64,000 nucleotides of DNA from a virus, in the IMG/VR virus record IMGVR_UViG_3300030687_000017; one strand, written 5' to 3'. The notes below the pieces were generated by a model. That model worked only from the letters and a program-made list of their open reading frames with translations. It had not been told where the DNA came from and searched no databases. Each line of letters begins with the position of its first letter. The stretch's first letter is position 1. Positions 55,590 to 64,000 of the stretch are shown here, piece after piece. Position numbers and translations under genes: made by a program.

Positions 55590-55651
55590 TCAGTTCTCCT
55601 TGTGCTGCGTTCGTATTGGTGCTTGGTTTCTGCGACGCTGAGCAACCCGAC

Positions 55652-55912
55652 CTAATCGAGCTCGATCATAGCAGCAATGCTGATACTGTGAATGTGCATA
55701 ATCTGCGCCTTCTCAAAGTCAGGACGATTGGGCATACCGACGACACGTATCGAGCCGCCGTATATAAAGTCTCGATTCTTGTCTTTCACTTCGGCAATCA
55801 CCACTTCCGTAAACACCGGACTACCAGCAATCATGACGGCAACCGGACGGCCGAACGTGATCAACATTTTCTTTTGGTACAATTCCACTTCATCGCTTGC
55901 TTCGTTGTTCAT
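55652..55912 (-). CDS. hypothetical small protein (86 aa)
   Basis: ORF. Confidence 0.35.
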   Translation of the reverse strand: MNNEASDEVELYQKKMLITFGRPVAVMIAGSPVFTEVVIAEVKDKNRDFIYGGSIRVVGMPNRPDFEKAQIMHIHSISIAAMIELD

Positions 55913-55924
55913 ACTTTCTCCTTA

Positions 55925-56836
55925 TCACTTCGCCGCCAGCATATGCAACTGCGCGTTGGCCATCGTCGCCTGGAAGTTCTGCAAGCCCTCCGGTCCAGAG
56001 GGCATAAAGACCATGGTGGTGTTGTCAGAGCCGCCGACCTTCTGCATCATGTCGGTCCAGTTGGTGAACAGCAGCAGGAACGTAGCGTCGTTATCCGACA
56101 GGTCGGTACTGCCCTTTATCTTGTCGATCGAGTCAGCCCACCCGTCAGCGATGGCCTTACGCTCGTTAGCCACGCCCAAACCTTCTTGGCGCTTGACCTC
56201 GGCATCAGCCTCAGCCTGCCGCACCTTGAGTATATACTCCGCGTCACCTTGTGCCTTATTAGCCACGGCCAGCCGGGTCTGCTCGTTGATACTGTTCATG
56301 GCCTTGACCACTCCGGCGTCCGGTTGGATGTCAGTGATCATTACTTTGGTGATTTCGACACCGAACTTGGACATCTGTAGTTCAAGTTCTGCCGACGCCT
56401 TGTCCGATACCTGCTGCTGCGACGTGAAGAGTGTGTCCAGGTCCATGTCCGGAATGTGTCCCAACAGGATGTTGGACAGGTAGGAGCTGATCTGCTCGTT
56501 GTTGGTTAGCTTGTAATGATAGTCCTGGATGGCTTGATCCGAACTACCCACCTGCCACTGGCAGGACACCGGCAGCGTGACGAACACGTTGTCCTTGGTC
56601 TTCGTCTCAATGGTGTCGTCTAGCTGGTACGTGGCCAGCCTAACTAACTCGACAGAGTCCACGAATGGCCGCTTGAAGTTGAGCCCTGGCCGTGCGATGT
56701 GACTGAACTTGCCGAAGCGCGCTACTACAGCCGCTTCCTGCGTAGGCACCGTGTAGAACGACCCGAAGAATATGCTCAGGACTATGATGGCTAGAACGCC
56801 CAGTCCCACGTACATTGCGATTGTTGCGAAATCCAT
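55925..56836 (-). CDS. SPFH/band-7 (stomatin/HflC-like) membrane protein
   Basis: ATG 56836 after AAGGAG; N-terminal TM (MDFATIAMYVGLGVLAIIVLSIFF) then VVARFGKF...PGLNFKRPFVDSV, and a coiled-coil region rich in A/E/K/Q. Confidence 0.6.
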   Translation of the reverse strand: MDFATIAMYVGLGVLAIIVLSIFFGSFYTVPTQEAAVVARFGKFSHIARPGLNFKRPFVDSVELVRLATYQLDDTIETKTKDNVFVTLPVSCQWQVGSSDQAIQDYHYKLTNNEQISSYLSNILLGHIPDMDLDTLFTSQQQVSDKASAELELQMSKFGVEITKVMITDIQPDAGVVKAMNSINEQTRLAVANKAQGDAEYILKVRQAEADAEVKRQEGLGVANERKAIADGWADSIDKIKGSTDLSDNDATFLLLFTNWTDMMQKVGGSDNTTMVFMPSGPEGLQNFQATMANAQLHMLAAK

Positions 56837-56849
56837 AATGCTCCTTGCA

Positions 56850-57074
56850 CTACATTTTCTTGGTGTGTTTTGGTATCGTGAACGTTGCATCGGTAGTAGT
56901 AAGATCGCTACCTGACGACGTAATGCTAAGTACGGTACCATCTTCAAATTCAAACGTGTAGGTACCGGGTCCATCGCAGTTGACCTGCGCCTTTGTGATT
57001 CGCTGACCGACCAGATGATTCAACTGAATTCGTTCGTCTCGACAGTCTTCGCAGAAATGTTCTCTCATTAGCAA
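56850..57074 (-). CDS. hypothetical small protein (74 aa, CEDC..C pairs)
   Basis: ORF. Confidence 0.35.
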   Translation of the reverse strand: MLMREHFCEDCRDERIQLNHLVGQRITKAQVNCDGPGTYTFEFEDGTVLSITSSGSDLTTTDATFTIPKHTKKM

Positions 57075-57119
57075 TTCCTTAGTAGATGGAGGGAAGAATA
57101 TCTTCTGGATCGACCGGAG

Positions 57120-57638
57120 TTACTTCCCGCTCAACTTCGTCACACTCACTTTCTTTGCATGGAACTTGTCTACGCCCGGAACTTGCTTCTTCGCGTCCCA
57201 GCGCTCCTGTACCGCCGCTCGGTTCACTGCTCGATTGAGTAATTCGAATTCCCCCTTCTTCTTGATGTGGGCGTAGAACTTCTCCCAATCCTTCACAACC
57301 GGAATAATGGACTCCGTCACCTGCACGCGGCTCTTCAGCCCTTGCACGCCGCTGGACTCGCCCACGGCCAGCTTCTGCACAAAATGCTCTTCCGTAGCTT
57401 TCACCGACGGAAGTAGTAGGTCGTCGAATGGTACTGTAATACTGTTGAGAATCTTGCTGAGTTGTTTCAGATCATAGAGCGAATCGGCAAGTGCGCCGTA
57501 CGGAATGCTGTCGGCGTCGAATCCAGCCAGTATCTTCGTCAGTCGCTTCACAGCCGGAGACAGTGCCTTGCTGGCCGCTGTAACCTCCGGAGTGATGTCC
57601 AGCTTGAGTGCGGTCTTAGTGGCCACGCGCTTCACCAA
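57120..57638 (-). CDS. hypothetical protein (172 aa)
   Basis: ORF. Confidence 0.4.
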   Translation of the reverse strand: MVKRVATKTALKLDITPEVTAASKALSPAVKRLTKILAGFDADSIPYGALADSLYDLKQLSKILNSITVPFDDLLLPSVKATEEHFVQKLAVGESSGVQGLKSRVQVTESIIPVVKDWEKFYAHIKKKGEFELLNRAVNRAAVQERWDAKKQVPGVDKFHAKKVSVTKLSGK

Positions 57639-57942
57639 CCTCGCTCGTACGAGCCGACGTAGTGTGCAGTTCCAGACTCAGACGAGGTGCCTGCGCCCTC
57701 GACGCCTTCAGCACCAACGCTTGCTGCTTGCCGTCAATCTGCTCCATCGCCAAACGAGCCTTGGACCAAGTCTGCCGAACTTGCTTTCCGTCGGCGAACA
57801 AGTTCCAACGCTTCGTTGTAGGATGCTCAAATAGCACGAAATGAATCCCCTGCCAGCTTGCTGTGTAATCATTGCCTTGCTGTTTCCACTGCATGATCAT
57901 TCTGTAGTCCTCGGCTTCTGAGTTACGGTGTAGTTTGGTCAC
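57616..57942 (-). CDS. hypothetical protein (108 aa)
   Basis: ORF; preceded about 70 nt upstream by a GGTTATAAT -10-like element (57997-58005 region). Confidence 0.35.
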   Translation of the reverse strand: MTKLHRNSEAEDYRMIMQWKQQGNDYTASWQGIHFVLFEHPTTKRWNLFADGKQVRQTWSKARLAMEQIDGKQQALVLKASRAQAPRLSLELHTTSARTSEVGEARGH

Positions 57943-58004
57943 GTACGTCTTGGTATCTAGTTACTGTAAAGTTTGGTTGCTGGCTTAATTATAACCCGGA
58001 TGGG

Positions 58005-59003
58005 CTACAGGTCGCGCGGGTCCCGCCAGCCCAGAAATATCGGCTGTCTAGGTGCGTCCTTGGTGCCTATAAGCTGGTAGCGGAACTTGATGATCTTACC
58101 CGGTAGCGTATTACGCTTCTTCCAGAGCTCCAGGCGCACCGCGTCCGTAAGACCCTGACCGGTGCCGATGCTGAACTGTCGCAGACACGCCTCGGACCTG
58201 TCACGAAGACATGCTTCACAAGCACACGCCAACGGTCTTACCGTGAACCCTCCCAGTGTCCCCTTCCCGACCTTACCGGCCTTGTGGCTGGAGCGCTTCA
58301 TCTTGCCGAGTTCGTTAACCACCCGCTGATTCGTGTTCTCCATTTGCTCGTACGTGCCGATCACCACGGCCTCGGCGTCCACGAACCGCTTGACGGCGAT
58401 CAGCCCGCCCTCCTTGACCGTGGAGCGGCCGTGCTTGTACGCGCCGATTGGGTCGCGCAACATGATTCCTTCGTGGCCTAAGCCTGTCTGCTTTCCTTCG
58501 TAAGAGGCCAGCTGCTCCAGAGTCTTGATAACCGTGTGCGGCACGCGACGTATGAAGCGCTCAGTAGTAGAGTGGTTACCAGCAAGATTCATGAATGGTC
58601 GTTGATCGGCCGTCGATGTCGCATTACTCAGTCGAATCTCGAAGGGCTCCATCTCGTCGTAGCAATCAAATATGTTGAACGTAGCATCGTCGGCTGGTTT
58701 ATCCCGGCTCATGACCACGCTGGTGGAGCGATTGAAGCAGTCCTCAGCCGTGGGCGATCCAACGATAACTTCTCCATCAAGACCGTCGAGCTCCTCACGC
58801 CCCCATAGCTGCTGCATGGCCTTATTGGGGATGAGCTTCAACGATCGGCTGTACAGCCTGCCGTTCTGCACCGTTACGCGTATGCCGTCCAGCTTCGGCG
58901 ACGCCAGCCACGTGCGACCGAGCGTGAAGAGCTTCTCCAGGGTGGCGTCTAGTTCCTTGGGATCGGGTTTGGCGGCGAGCATAGGTTTCCAGAGGTTAGC
59001 CAC
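58005..59003 (-). CDS. ATP-dependent DNA ligase
   Basis: Motif I KLDGIR (KxDG) near the N-terminus, adenylation/OB-domain-like remainder; 332 aa as in T7-type ligases. Confidence 0.8.
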   Translation of the reverse strand: MANLWKPMLAAKPDPKELDATLEKLFTLGRTWLASPKLDGIRVTVQNGRLYSRSLKLIPNKAMQQLWGREELDGLDGEVIVGSPTAEDCFNRSTSVVMSRDKPADDATFNIFDCYDEMEPFEIRLSNATSTADQRPFMNLAGNHSTTERFIRRVPHTVIKTLEQLASYEGKQTGLGHEGIMLRDPIGAYKHGRSTVKEGGLIAVKRFVDAEAVVIGTYEQMENTNQRVVNELGKMKRSSHKAGKVGKGTLGGFTVRPLACACEACLRDRSEACLRQFSIGTGQGLTDAVRLELWKKRNTLPGKIIKFRYQLIGTKDAPRQPIFLGWRDPRDL

Positions 59004-59268
59004 GCGGCACCTCGAGAAATACGTGCCAAACGAAGGGTTCCATCACGACTGAACCTAGATACTTCTTTTGTAGCATGCCGTTAATTTCACGCCCAGTACC
59101 ATGAATAAACAGCTTGTGCGGCTTCTTAGCCGCGTTTGGGTTCAGGACCTGTACCCAGATACAAAGCTCGCCATTATTCGCGCCAGTGAATAGTATGGTA
59201 GAGCATAATGGCAGCTCCACCGTTTGCTCATCCTCTATCTGTAGTGCATACTTGAAAATCTTCACCAC
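58996..59268 (-). CDS. hypothetical small protein (90 aa)
   Basis: ORF overlapping the ligase start. Confidence 0.35.
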   Translation of the reverse strand: MVKIFKYALQIEDEQTVELPLCSTILFTGANNGELCIWVQVLNPNAAKKPHKLFIHGTGREINGMLQKKYLGSVVMEPFVWHVFLEVPRG

Positions 59269-59280
59269 AGCCTCCAGAGT

Positions 59281-59439
59281 TTACTCATCGGATTCTTCCT
59301 CCCCACAGGTTACACACCGGCCCTTGCCATCCTCATTGCCGACATCCTTGTACTTATGACTGCCGATAAGACAGCGCAATGCCTCTATCTCATAGTCAGT
59401 TAACGGCGCACCGTAGTCCGTGCCATGCTCCCTTGTCAT
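59281..59439 (-). CDS. 52-aa hypothetical peptide with CxxC
   Basis: Perfect AAGGAGG RBS then ATG 59439; MTREHGTDYGAPLTDYEIEALRC...CVTCGEEESDE. Confidence 0.35.
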   Translation of the reverse strand: MTREHGTDYGAPLTDYEIEALRCLIGSHKYKDVGNEDGKGRCVTCGEEESDE

Positions 59440-59440
59440 C

Positions 59441-59629
59441 TCAAACCTCCTTCTTCACCCTCGTCCTGAACTTCTTCGGCTTTTCCTGCGTGGCAGTCCA
59501 CTTGAACCGCACGCCCTTGCGGTCGCGTCGCTTGTAGCCGCGCAGCACGGTCTGCCTGTTCTCGTCCGTAGCCTGCGTGATCAGCTCCCATTCGTCCTTC
59601 GGCACCGACCATCTCCACAAGTGCGCCAT
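59441..59629 (-). CDS. small basic protein (62 aa)
   Basis: ATG 59629 overlapping the upstream TGA (TGATG). Confidence 0.35.
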   Translation of the reverse strand: MAHLWRWSVPKDEWELITQATDENRQTVLRGYKRRDRKGVRFKWTATQEKPKKFRTRVKKEV

Positions 59630-59976
59630 CAGCGTTTCACCAAGCTTTTCCAGTCGACGACACACCGCGCGGCCTGCGCATCGGTGAATGCCGTAACTAC
59701 GTTGTCGCCAACTTCGCCGTTAAGCGGTCTCCATTGCACCTTTGGCTTGAATCCTGCCGGGCACCGCACACAGACCTGCCATGTATCGTGTTTTCCGCAA
59801 TAAAGGTGAACGTCCAGACTTGGACGCAAAGAGCAACCGGTCAAGCCAACTACTACTAACAGAAGTGGTATCAGCTTCATGCTTGTATTCCGCTTCTTGA
59901 CTGGATGGCTGCGCAACCACACGTTCAGGCCGAACAACAATACGAACAGCGCGCTTAGAATCTTGATCTCCGTCAT
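59629..59976 (-). CDS. membrane/lipoprotein (N-terminal TM plus internal lipobox LTGC)
   Basis: ATGA-coupled to the DHH gene; MTEIKILSALFVLLFGLNVW...MKLIPLLLVVVGLTGCSLRP; may start at the internal ATG 59880 as an 83-aa lipoprotein. Confidence 0.4.
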   Translation of the reverse strand: MTEIKILSALFVLLFGLNVWLRSHPVKKRNTSMKLIPLLLVVVGLTGCSLRPSLDVHLYCGKHDTWQVCVRCPAGFKPKVQWRPLNGEVGDNVVTAFTDAQAARCVVDWKSLVKR

Positions 59977-60900
59977 TTTGTCCTCTCATAGTCGTACAAC
60001 CCGAGCATGTGATTCACCAACTCGATGCGGAACCCAGCGGCATGCTTGTGGCCTCCTCCGCCGTACTTCTTGGCTATCTCGCTGACGTCAGCGCCATCCT
60101 CCCTGGAGCGCAGGCTGAACACCGCAAAGCCGTCCTTGTCGCTGTAGTACGTGGCGGCGAATGGCTTACCCTCCGCCATCAAGTTCGCTGCATCCGAGGC
60201 CAGCGTATACGGCATGTTGGCACACGGCACCATGATTCCGCCGATGCTACGACGCATCTTCGTCATGCCGATAAGCTCGCGAACGTCCTTGTCCTGCTTG
60301 CGAAGGATGGCTCGACCGGCCTCCAGCATGCTGGCAAGACCAGGAATAGACTCCATTTGTCGCGATAAGGAACCCCATATTTTGAAGTCGTAGTCGTAGC
60401 TGAACAATACGGCGTTTAGTTCTTTGGTGTACGCGAGAGAAAAGCGCCACAGGTCGCGGTCCTCCACTGCCCTGACCAGCATGGGAACCTCGGTGTGCGG
60501 ATGGAACCACTCCCATGCCAACCGCGCGCCGGACTTGGTCATGTCGAAGATGCACGTCACGTTCGTGACCCCCTTTGCAGTCGTTCAGCGACCAGAGATT
60601 GGACAGGTCCTTCTCGGCCGTCTTGTGGTGGTCCAAGATGGTGATGCTCTTGGCGACACGCTGCATGGCGTCGATGACTTCCAGCTTGTAGCTGAAGTCC
60701 AACAGGTACACGTCACGATCGGTGCAATCCGGAGGAGCCTGTCCGTACACGCCCGGCACGAACTCGGCGTCAGGGTACTGCAGCCACATGGCCCACGCAG
60801 CGGTGAAGCCGTCAAGACATGGACTGTGGTGTATTACTAGAGGCGGCTTAGACGTCAGGTTCAAACCTACTCCTTGGTCGTACATTGCGTCAAATGGCAT
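59973..60900 (-). pseudogene. DHH/DHHA1-family phosphoesterase (RecJ/NrnA-like) interrupted by a frameshift at a G5 homopolymer
   Basis: N-part (60900..~60575) has HHSPCLDG, LLDFS, ILDHHKT motifs. C-part (60560..59973) has the DHHA1 motif GGGGHKHAAGFR in the -1 frame. The junction CAAAGGGGGTCAC at about 60573-60580: deleting one G fuses the frames. Confidence 0.55.
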
Positions 60901-60922
60901 GCTACTTCTCCTTCTGCACCGG

Positions 60923-61369
60923 TCAGACGTACTCCAGGTCTGCCGGCTCCTTCCAGTTGAACTTCCCATACCACGCTGCATCCTTCCGCAGTAGATTGCT
61001 GCGATGCGACGCATGGAACTTCCTACTACCTAGCCACGTTGGACTCGTCGATGTCTTTATCAAGCGCACAGCGACTACGTTGAACAGCCGCAGAAGATTA
61101 GCCTCCATGGCCTCGTTCTTGAATCCGCGTCGCTTCCACTCGTCGCATACAATGCAAGCGTATTGGTACAAAACGCCTTCATGGCCTTTCCACATCAACG
61201 CTGCCGGATGGTTGGTCCATCCTTTGCGCACGGCGGATCCTGGCTTGTGCGTCAAGCCTAGCAGCGCGTTCAGCAGCTGGTAGGCTTCCACGCGCTGCTT
61301 GCCCAACCGCTTATTATCCAGGCACGCGGCCGATTTGACGAACGACTTGTAGGGAAGGAAGGTCTGCAT
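60923..61369 (-). CDS. pyrimidine-dimer DNA glycosylase (T4 endonuclease V / DenV-like)
   Basis: MQTFLPYKSF...LDNKRLGKQRVEAYQLL...GHEGVLYQY...KRRGFKNEA aligns by eye with T4 DenV (ADQHLMAEYRELPRV...GAGHVTFFYDK...KRGFNIKDT). Confidence 0.5.
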   Translation of the reverse strand: MQTFLPYKSFVKSAACLDNKRLGKQRVEAYQLLNALLGLTHKPGSAVRKGWTNHPAALMWKGHEGVLYQYACIVCDEWKRRGFKNEAMEANLLRLFNVVAVRLIKTSTSPTWLGSRKFHASHRSNLLRKDAAWYGKFNWKEPADLEYV

Positions 61370-61370
61370 G

Positions 61371-61838
61371 TCAGCCCCAGTAGCTTGTAAGCCACCACTT
61401 GAATTCAGTGGGTAGGTTGTACTTCTTGCAAAATTCACGCAGCACTATCTGCCTCAGTGGGCGGATGCGCGTGTCCAGCGTCAACTCCTTCGGATATCCA
61501 CGATTGGCCGTCTGCACCGTTCCAGGCACGGCCAGTATGTACATGGGGCAATCACCGCTGCGGTAATTAACCAATTCGAACGGCAATGGGTTCAGCTTCA
61601 TCCACGCGGTTTTGTGCGCGTAGTACTCACGCACCTTCGCACGCGGCGGCTCTACACCGCCGATGTAGTCGCCATCTTCTGTGAAGAGCTCAAACGGCGG
61701 CTTGTAGCCGTTCACCTTCAGCCACCACTCCTCTTCGTCACAGTCAACGTCTGCCGCCATCCAAGGCAGCTCAAATTCCTCCGCCTCGTCATTTAGCAGT
61801 ACTCCAAAGCAAACTTCTCCATTCGTTGTTGTGCTCAT
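61371..61838 (-). CDS. hypothetical acidic protein (155 aa)
   Basis: ATG 61838 after AAGGAGAAAGAG; MSTTTNGEVCFGVLLNDEAEEFELPW... Confidence 0.4.
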   Translation of the reverse strand: MSTTTNGEVCFGVLLNDEAEEFELPWMAADVDCDEEEWWLKVNGYKPPFELFTEDGDYIGGVEPPRAKVREYYAHKTAWMKLNPLPFELVNYRSGDCPMYILAVPGTVQTANRGYPKELTLDTRIRPLRQIVLREFCKKYNLPTEFKWWLTSYWG

Positions 61839-62074
61839 CTCTTTCTCCTTGATCTTACGCTTCTCTGGACCTACCACTCACCACTCGCAGCGCACCCGGA
61901 TGGAAAGGGCACCCGCGTCCCGCGCTGCTCTGTCCGAGAGAACCCTCCGGACACTCGGTAGGTTGTTGCGGTAGGTCCAGAGAAGCGTACGTCCAGTTTC
62001 CTGGTCCGTAGCTCCTTAGTCGGCAGACACTTCGCACCCGGTCTGCCAGCGAGCTGAGGTCACGCATTGCGAAC

Positions 62075-62329
62075 TTAGTGCACCGCCACCACGCGCATAT
62101 CGCGTACGTCGACCCACGCGCTCCACCTGTTCAGACCGCGATAGCGTACCACCGGTTGTTGCGTGGTGGCGTCTGCTGCGACCGCGCCAATCGGCCACGG
62201 CCCTTCAATCTTAGTTCGACCAGTTACAGCCGCCATACCGAGCGTGGGTGAGTATGCCACTACGGTCTGACCTTGCTTGATTGCTGCGCGGAGTTCTGTC
62301 TTATTGGCGAAATCGATCGATGCGTACAT
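62075..62329 (-). CDS. hypothetical protein (84 aa)
   Basis: ATG 62329 after AAGGAG (8-nt spacer). Confidence 0.4.
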   Translation of the reverse strand: MYASIDFANKTELRAAIKQGQTVVAYSPTLGMAAVTGRTKIEGPWPIGAVAADATTQQPVVRYRGLNRWSAWVDVRDMRVVAVH

Positions 62330-62483
62330 TCGTAAAGCTCCTTCTTTCAACCAAACGAATTGTTGTTGCTGCGTTAGAGGCCCAGGCGCTTGTAGCGCCA
62401 ATTTCTAAACACTATCTTTAAAGCAAGTTTCCTGCTGGCCCCGTAGTAGCGCGCTATCCGCCATTCCTTACGCAGCGTCTTCA

Positions 62484-62939
62484 TCACTTAGTGATTTCCT
62501 CCTTGAAGTACGATGGTGCTTCGGCGTTCAAATACCACTGCACTAACCCTGGCAAATATCTGTCCTCGTAGCTGACGAGCTCAGTAGAACCGCGTACCAC
62601 GTAGTCCGCCGTGTGCAAGTGGTATTGGTCGAAAATTTTGCACGTCCACATCGGCTCGCGCCAAATAGTGTCAGTCTTGCGAAGAAGAGCCACGTAATCG
62701 TCAATTATCTCAGCTTGATAATACTCACGCGTAACCATGGACAGCATTACGACGTCCAGCAGCGCGGCTGGTGGAAGCCGTTCAACTTCCAACGGTTTAC
62801 CTGCCATGAGTGCAGTAATCAGCTGGCTCCGTAGAACAGGACTACGCTGACACTTGAAGAATACTTCCCAGTAAGGGGCACGGTCGTGGTTGGTTGGCTG
62901 AACTACTGTTTCTTGCTGTTTCTGTTTTCTCTTGGCCAT
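62484..62939 (-). CDS. hypothetical protein (151 aa)
   Basis: AGGAGG RBS; preceded by -10 CACGCTATAAT at 62958-62965. Confidence 0.45.
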   Translation of the reverse strand: MAKRKQKQQETVVQPTNHDRAPYWEVFFKCQRSPVLRSQLITALMAGKPLEVERLPPAALLDVVMLSMVTREYYQAEIIDDYVALLRKTDTIWREPMWTCKIFDQYHLHTADYVVRGSTELVSYEDRYLPGLVQWYLNAEAPSYFKEEITK

Positions 62940-62957
62940 AACGACCTCCTTGCTTCA

Positions 62958-62965
62958 ATTATAGC
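62958..62965 (-). promoter_or_regulatory. -10 element ACGCTATAAT
   Basis: Reverse complement of aattatagcg; 18 nt upstream of ATG 62939. Confidence 0.4.
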
Positions 62966-62976
62966 GTGACCGGTTT

Positions 62977-63321
62977 TCAGCCATCACGCGTGCGTCCCTC
63001 TCCCTTGCAATCCTTGCACTCCGTTATCTTGCCCTTGAACATACGTGTACCGACCACGCCCGAGCCTGCGCACTTGCCACACTGCCCTGACAGCAGAAAC
63101 TGCGACGCCGCCCACTGTGCACGCAGCGCGTCAGTCTTGATGGCTGAGTACGCTTCGGTGATGCGGTGCCACTGGAAGTTCAACTTCTCCTGCGACGCCT
63201 CTGGCATTCCACGCCGCGCATCCGGATGGCAGTACCGCGCCAGCCCATGGTATAATTTACGAATGATCTCGTCAGAGTCGTTTGGCTTCGCCAACAGTAT
63301 GCAGTAGGGCGTCACAACCAC
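62977..63321 (-). CDS. J-domain (DnaJ-like) protein with CxxCxGxG zinc-finger
   Basis: YCILLAKPNDSDEIIRKLYHGLARYCHPDARRG (HPD tripeptide) and CGKCAGSG...CKDCKGEG. Confidence 0.6.
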   Translation of the reverse strand: MVVTPYCILLAKPNDSDEIIRKLYHGLARYCHPDARRGMPEASQEKLNFQWHRITEAYSAIKTDALRAQWAASQFLLSGQCGKCAGSGVVGTRMFKGKITECKDCKGEGRTRDG

Positions 63322-63567
63322 CTCGGTTCCAGCGGTCTGTCCAGCTCTTTCTCTCGCACCAAACTAAGTTGCGTTGGAATGGAAGCCTGCGCCGCTTCGG
63401 TTAGTTCCTTTGAAGAGAAGTAACCAACGTCCTCAATGGTGCCGTATTGGTCACTAACCAGTACGTTCAGAATCCATATCTTCATTGATCACCAAGTCCT
63501 GTGAATAGAAATAAAATAGCGCTCCAGATCATACCAAGCACGCCGATGAACTCGTGCCATAAATGTT

Positions 63568-64000
63568 TCACAGCAAACCCAGCCTCTCTAGTGTAACAAT
63601 CGTCGCTTCCGCCGACTTGTGATGAACGAACACTCCGCCAGCGTCAGTCCAAAATGGTGCGTACTTCACCCGATCATCCACGAGTATGTCTCCAGGCGCG
63701 GTCATGTGATGGCACTTGTCACGCGATAGACAGACGATGGTCGGTACGCCTGGAAAATGCTTGGCCGTCCAACGAATCTTTTGATCCACGGCCCATAGTC
63801 CGCTTGCTGGTCTTCCAGTCAGAATGATCGGATTCAGATGCTTGACGCTATCGTACAGCTCCATGGCGTCCGGCATGAGCGGCAGCTTGAAGTAGTAATC
63901 TTCATGGTCCTGCAGATCTTGCCACAGTCGTTTACTGCCGTGCTCTTCCTCCACCAGTGTCGGATGTCGTCCGTAGTGGTCGATGAAGTATTGATCGAAG
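63568..64000 (-). CDS. HAD-like nucleotidase (5'(3')-deoxyribonucleotidase-like), 5'-partial
   Basis: Frame stays open to the window edge; NPIILTGRP...KHFPGVP..IVCLSRDK...ILVDDRV resembles the NT5C family C-terminal half; the catalytic DxD N-terminus would lie outside the window. Confidence 0.3.
   Translation of the reverse strand, partial: FDQYFIDHYGRHPTLVEEEHGSKRLWQDLQDHEDYYFKLPLMPDAMELYDSVKHLNPIILTGRPASGLWAVDQKIRWTAKHFPGVPTIVCLSRDKCHHMTAPGDILVDDRVKYAPFWTDAGGVFVHHKSAEATIVTLERLGLL

Noticed and set aside
60901-61014. First 38 codons (MRRIAAIYCGRMQRG...) of ORF 60247..61014
   Set aside because: Arg-rich leader overlapping the DenV-like gene end. The DHH protein starts at ATG 60900 after AAGGAGAAG.
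61878-62074. Possible tRNA or tmRNA in the structured intergenic region
   Set aside because: Could not build an acceptor/T-arm cloverleaf; no GTTCRA T-loop. Kept only as a structured element.
36577-64000. Numerous + strand ORFs (e.g. 37780..38205, 40847..41215, 45412..46026, 55490..56380) in the - strand module
   Set aside because: All overlap - strand genes with recognisable motifs; Arg/Pro/His-rich translations typical of antisense frames in GC-rich DNA.
1-64000. CRISPR arrays, integrase/attachment sites, rRNA
   Set aside because: No direct-repeat/spacer periodicity, no tyrosine- or serine-recombinase-like ORF, and no rRNA-like stretches seen anywhere in the window.

Overview
This window is GC-rich (roughly 58-62% by eye) and looks like a tailed-phage genome segment with two convergent modules. 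No integrase, CRISPR array or rRNA was seen.

The + strand (1..36.5 kb) carries the virion and lysis genes, in this order:
- a wHTH-metallophosphoesterase
- a SprT-like HExxH protease
- a tRNA-Gln(UUG)
- a DUF2213-like prohead protease/scaffold
- a DUF2184-like major capsid protein
- an HK97 gp10-like head-tail protein
- a contractile-tail set: sheath-like, tube-like, a chaperone with a -1 frameshift, and a tape measure with a C-terminal lytic transglycosylase domain
- a PBSX/Mu-like baseplate: hub, gpV-like spike, W/gp25-like, J-like, I-like, tail fibre
- three very large tandem proteins with classical Sec signal peptides
- a lysis cassette: GH108 lysozyme, holin-like protein, lipoprotein, plus a papain(C1)-like and a permuted-papain-like peptidase
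- a strong bidirectional terminator at about 36.52-36.58 kb.

The - strand (36.5..64 kb) carries DNA metabolism and replication genes:
- DUF3310
- HD phosphohydrolase
- a thymidylate-synthase-fold pyrimidine hydroxymethylase-like enzyme with a C-terminal extension
- an unknown 290-aa protein, a sugar-1-P-type nucleotidyltransferase, an APH-fold small-molecule kinase and a GT-A glycosyltransferase (together a candidate DNA hypermodification cluster)
- an SNF2/SF2 helicase, a VRR-NUC nuclease and a Cas4/RecB-like exonuclease
- a family A DNA polymerase and an ATP-dependent ligase
- a dCTP deaminase/dUTPase-like protein
- an SPFH/band-7 protein
- a frameshifted DHH/DHHA1 phosphoesterase
- a DenV-like pyrimidine-dimer glycosylase
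- a J-domain zinc-finger protein.

Three free-standing homing endonuclease genes sit in lower-GC islands: an HNH-AP2, a GIY-YIG with NUMOD3 repeats, and an HNH_3-type. A recurrent -10 element 'GCTATAAT' marks at least five gene starts. Two near-identical inverted-repeat operators (TTTTCTGGA..TCCAGAAAA) overlap two of the - strand promoters.

All functional calls come from motif recognition by eye; no database search was run.
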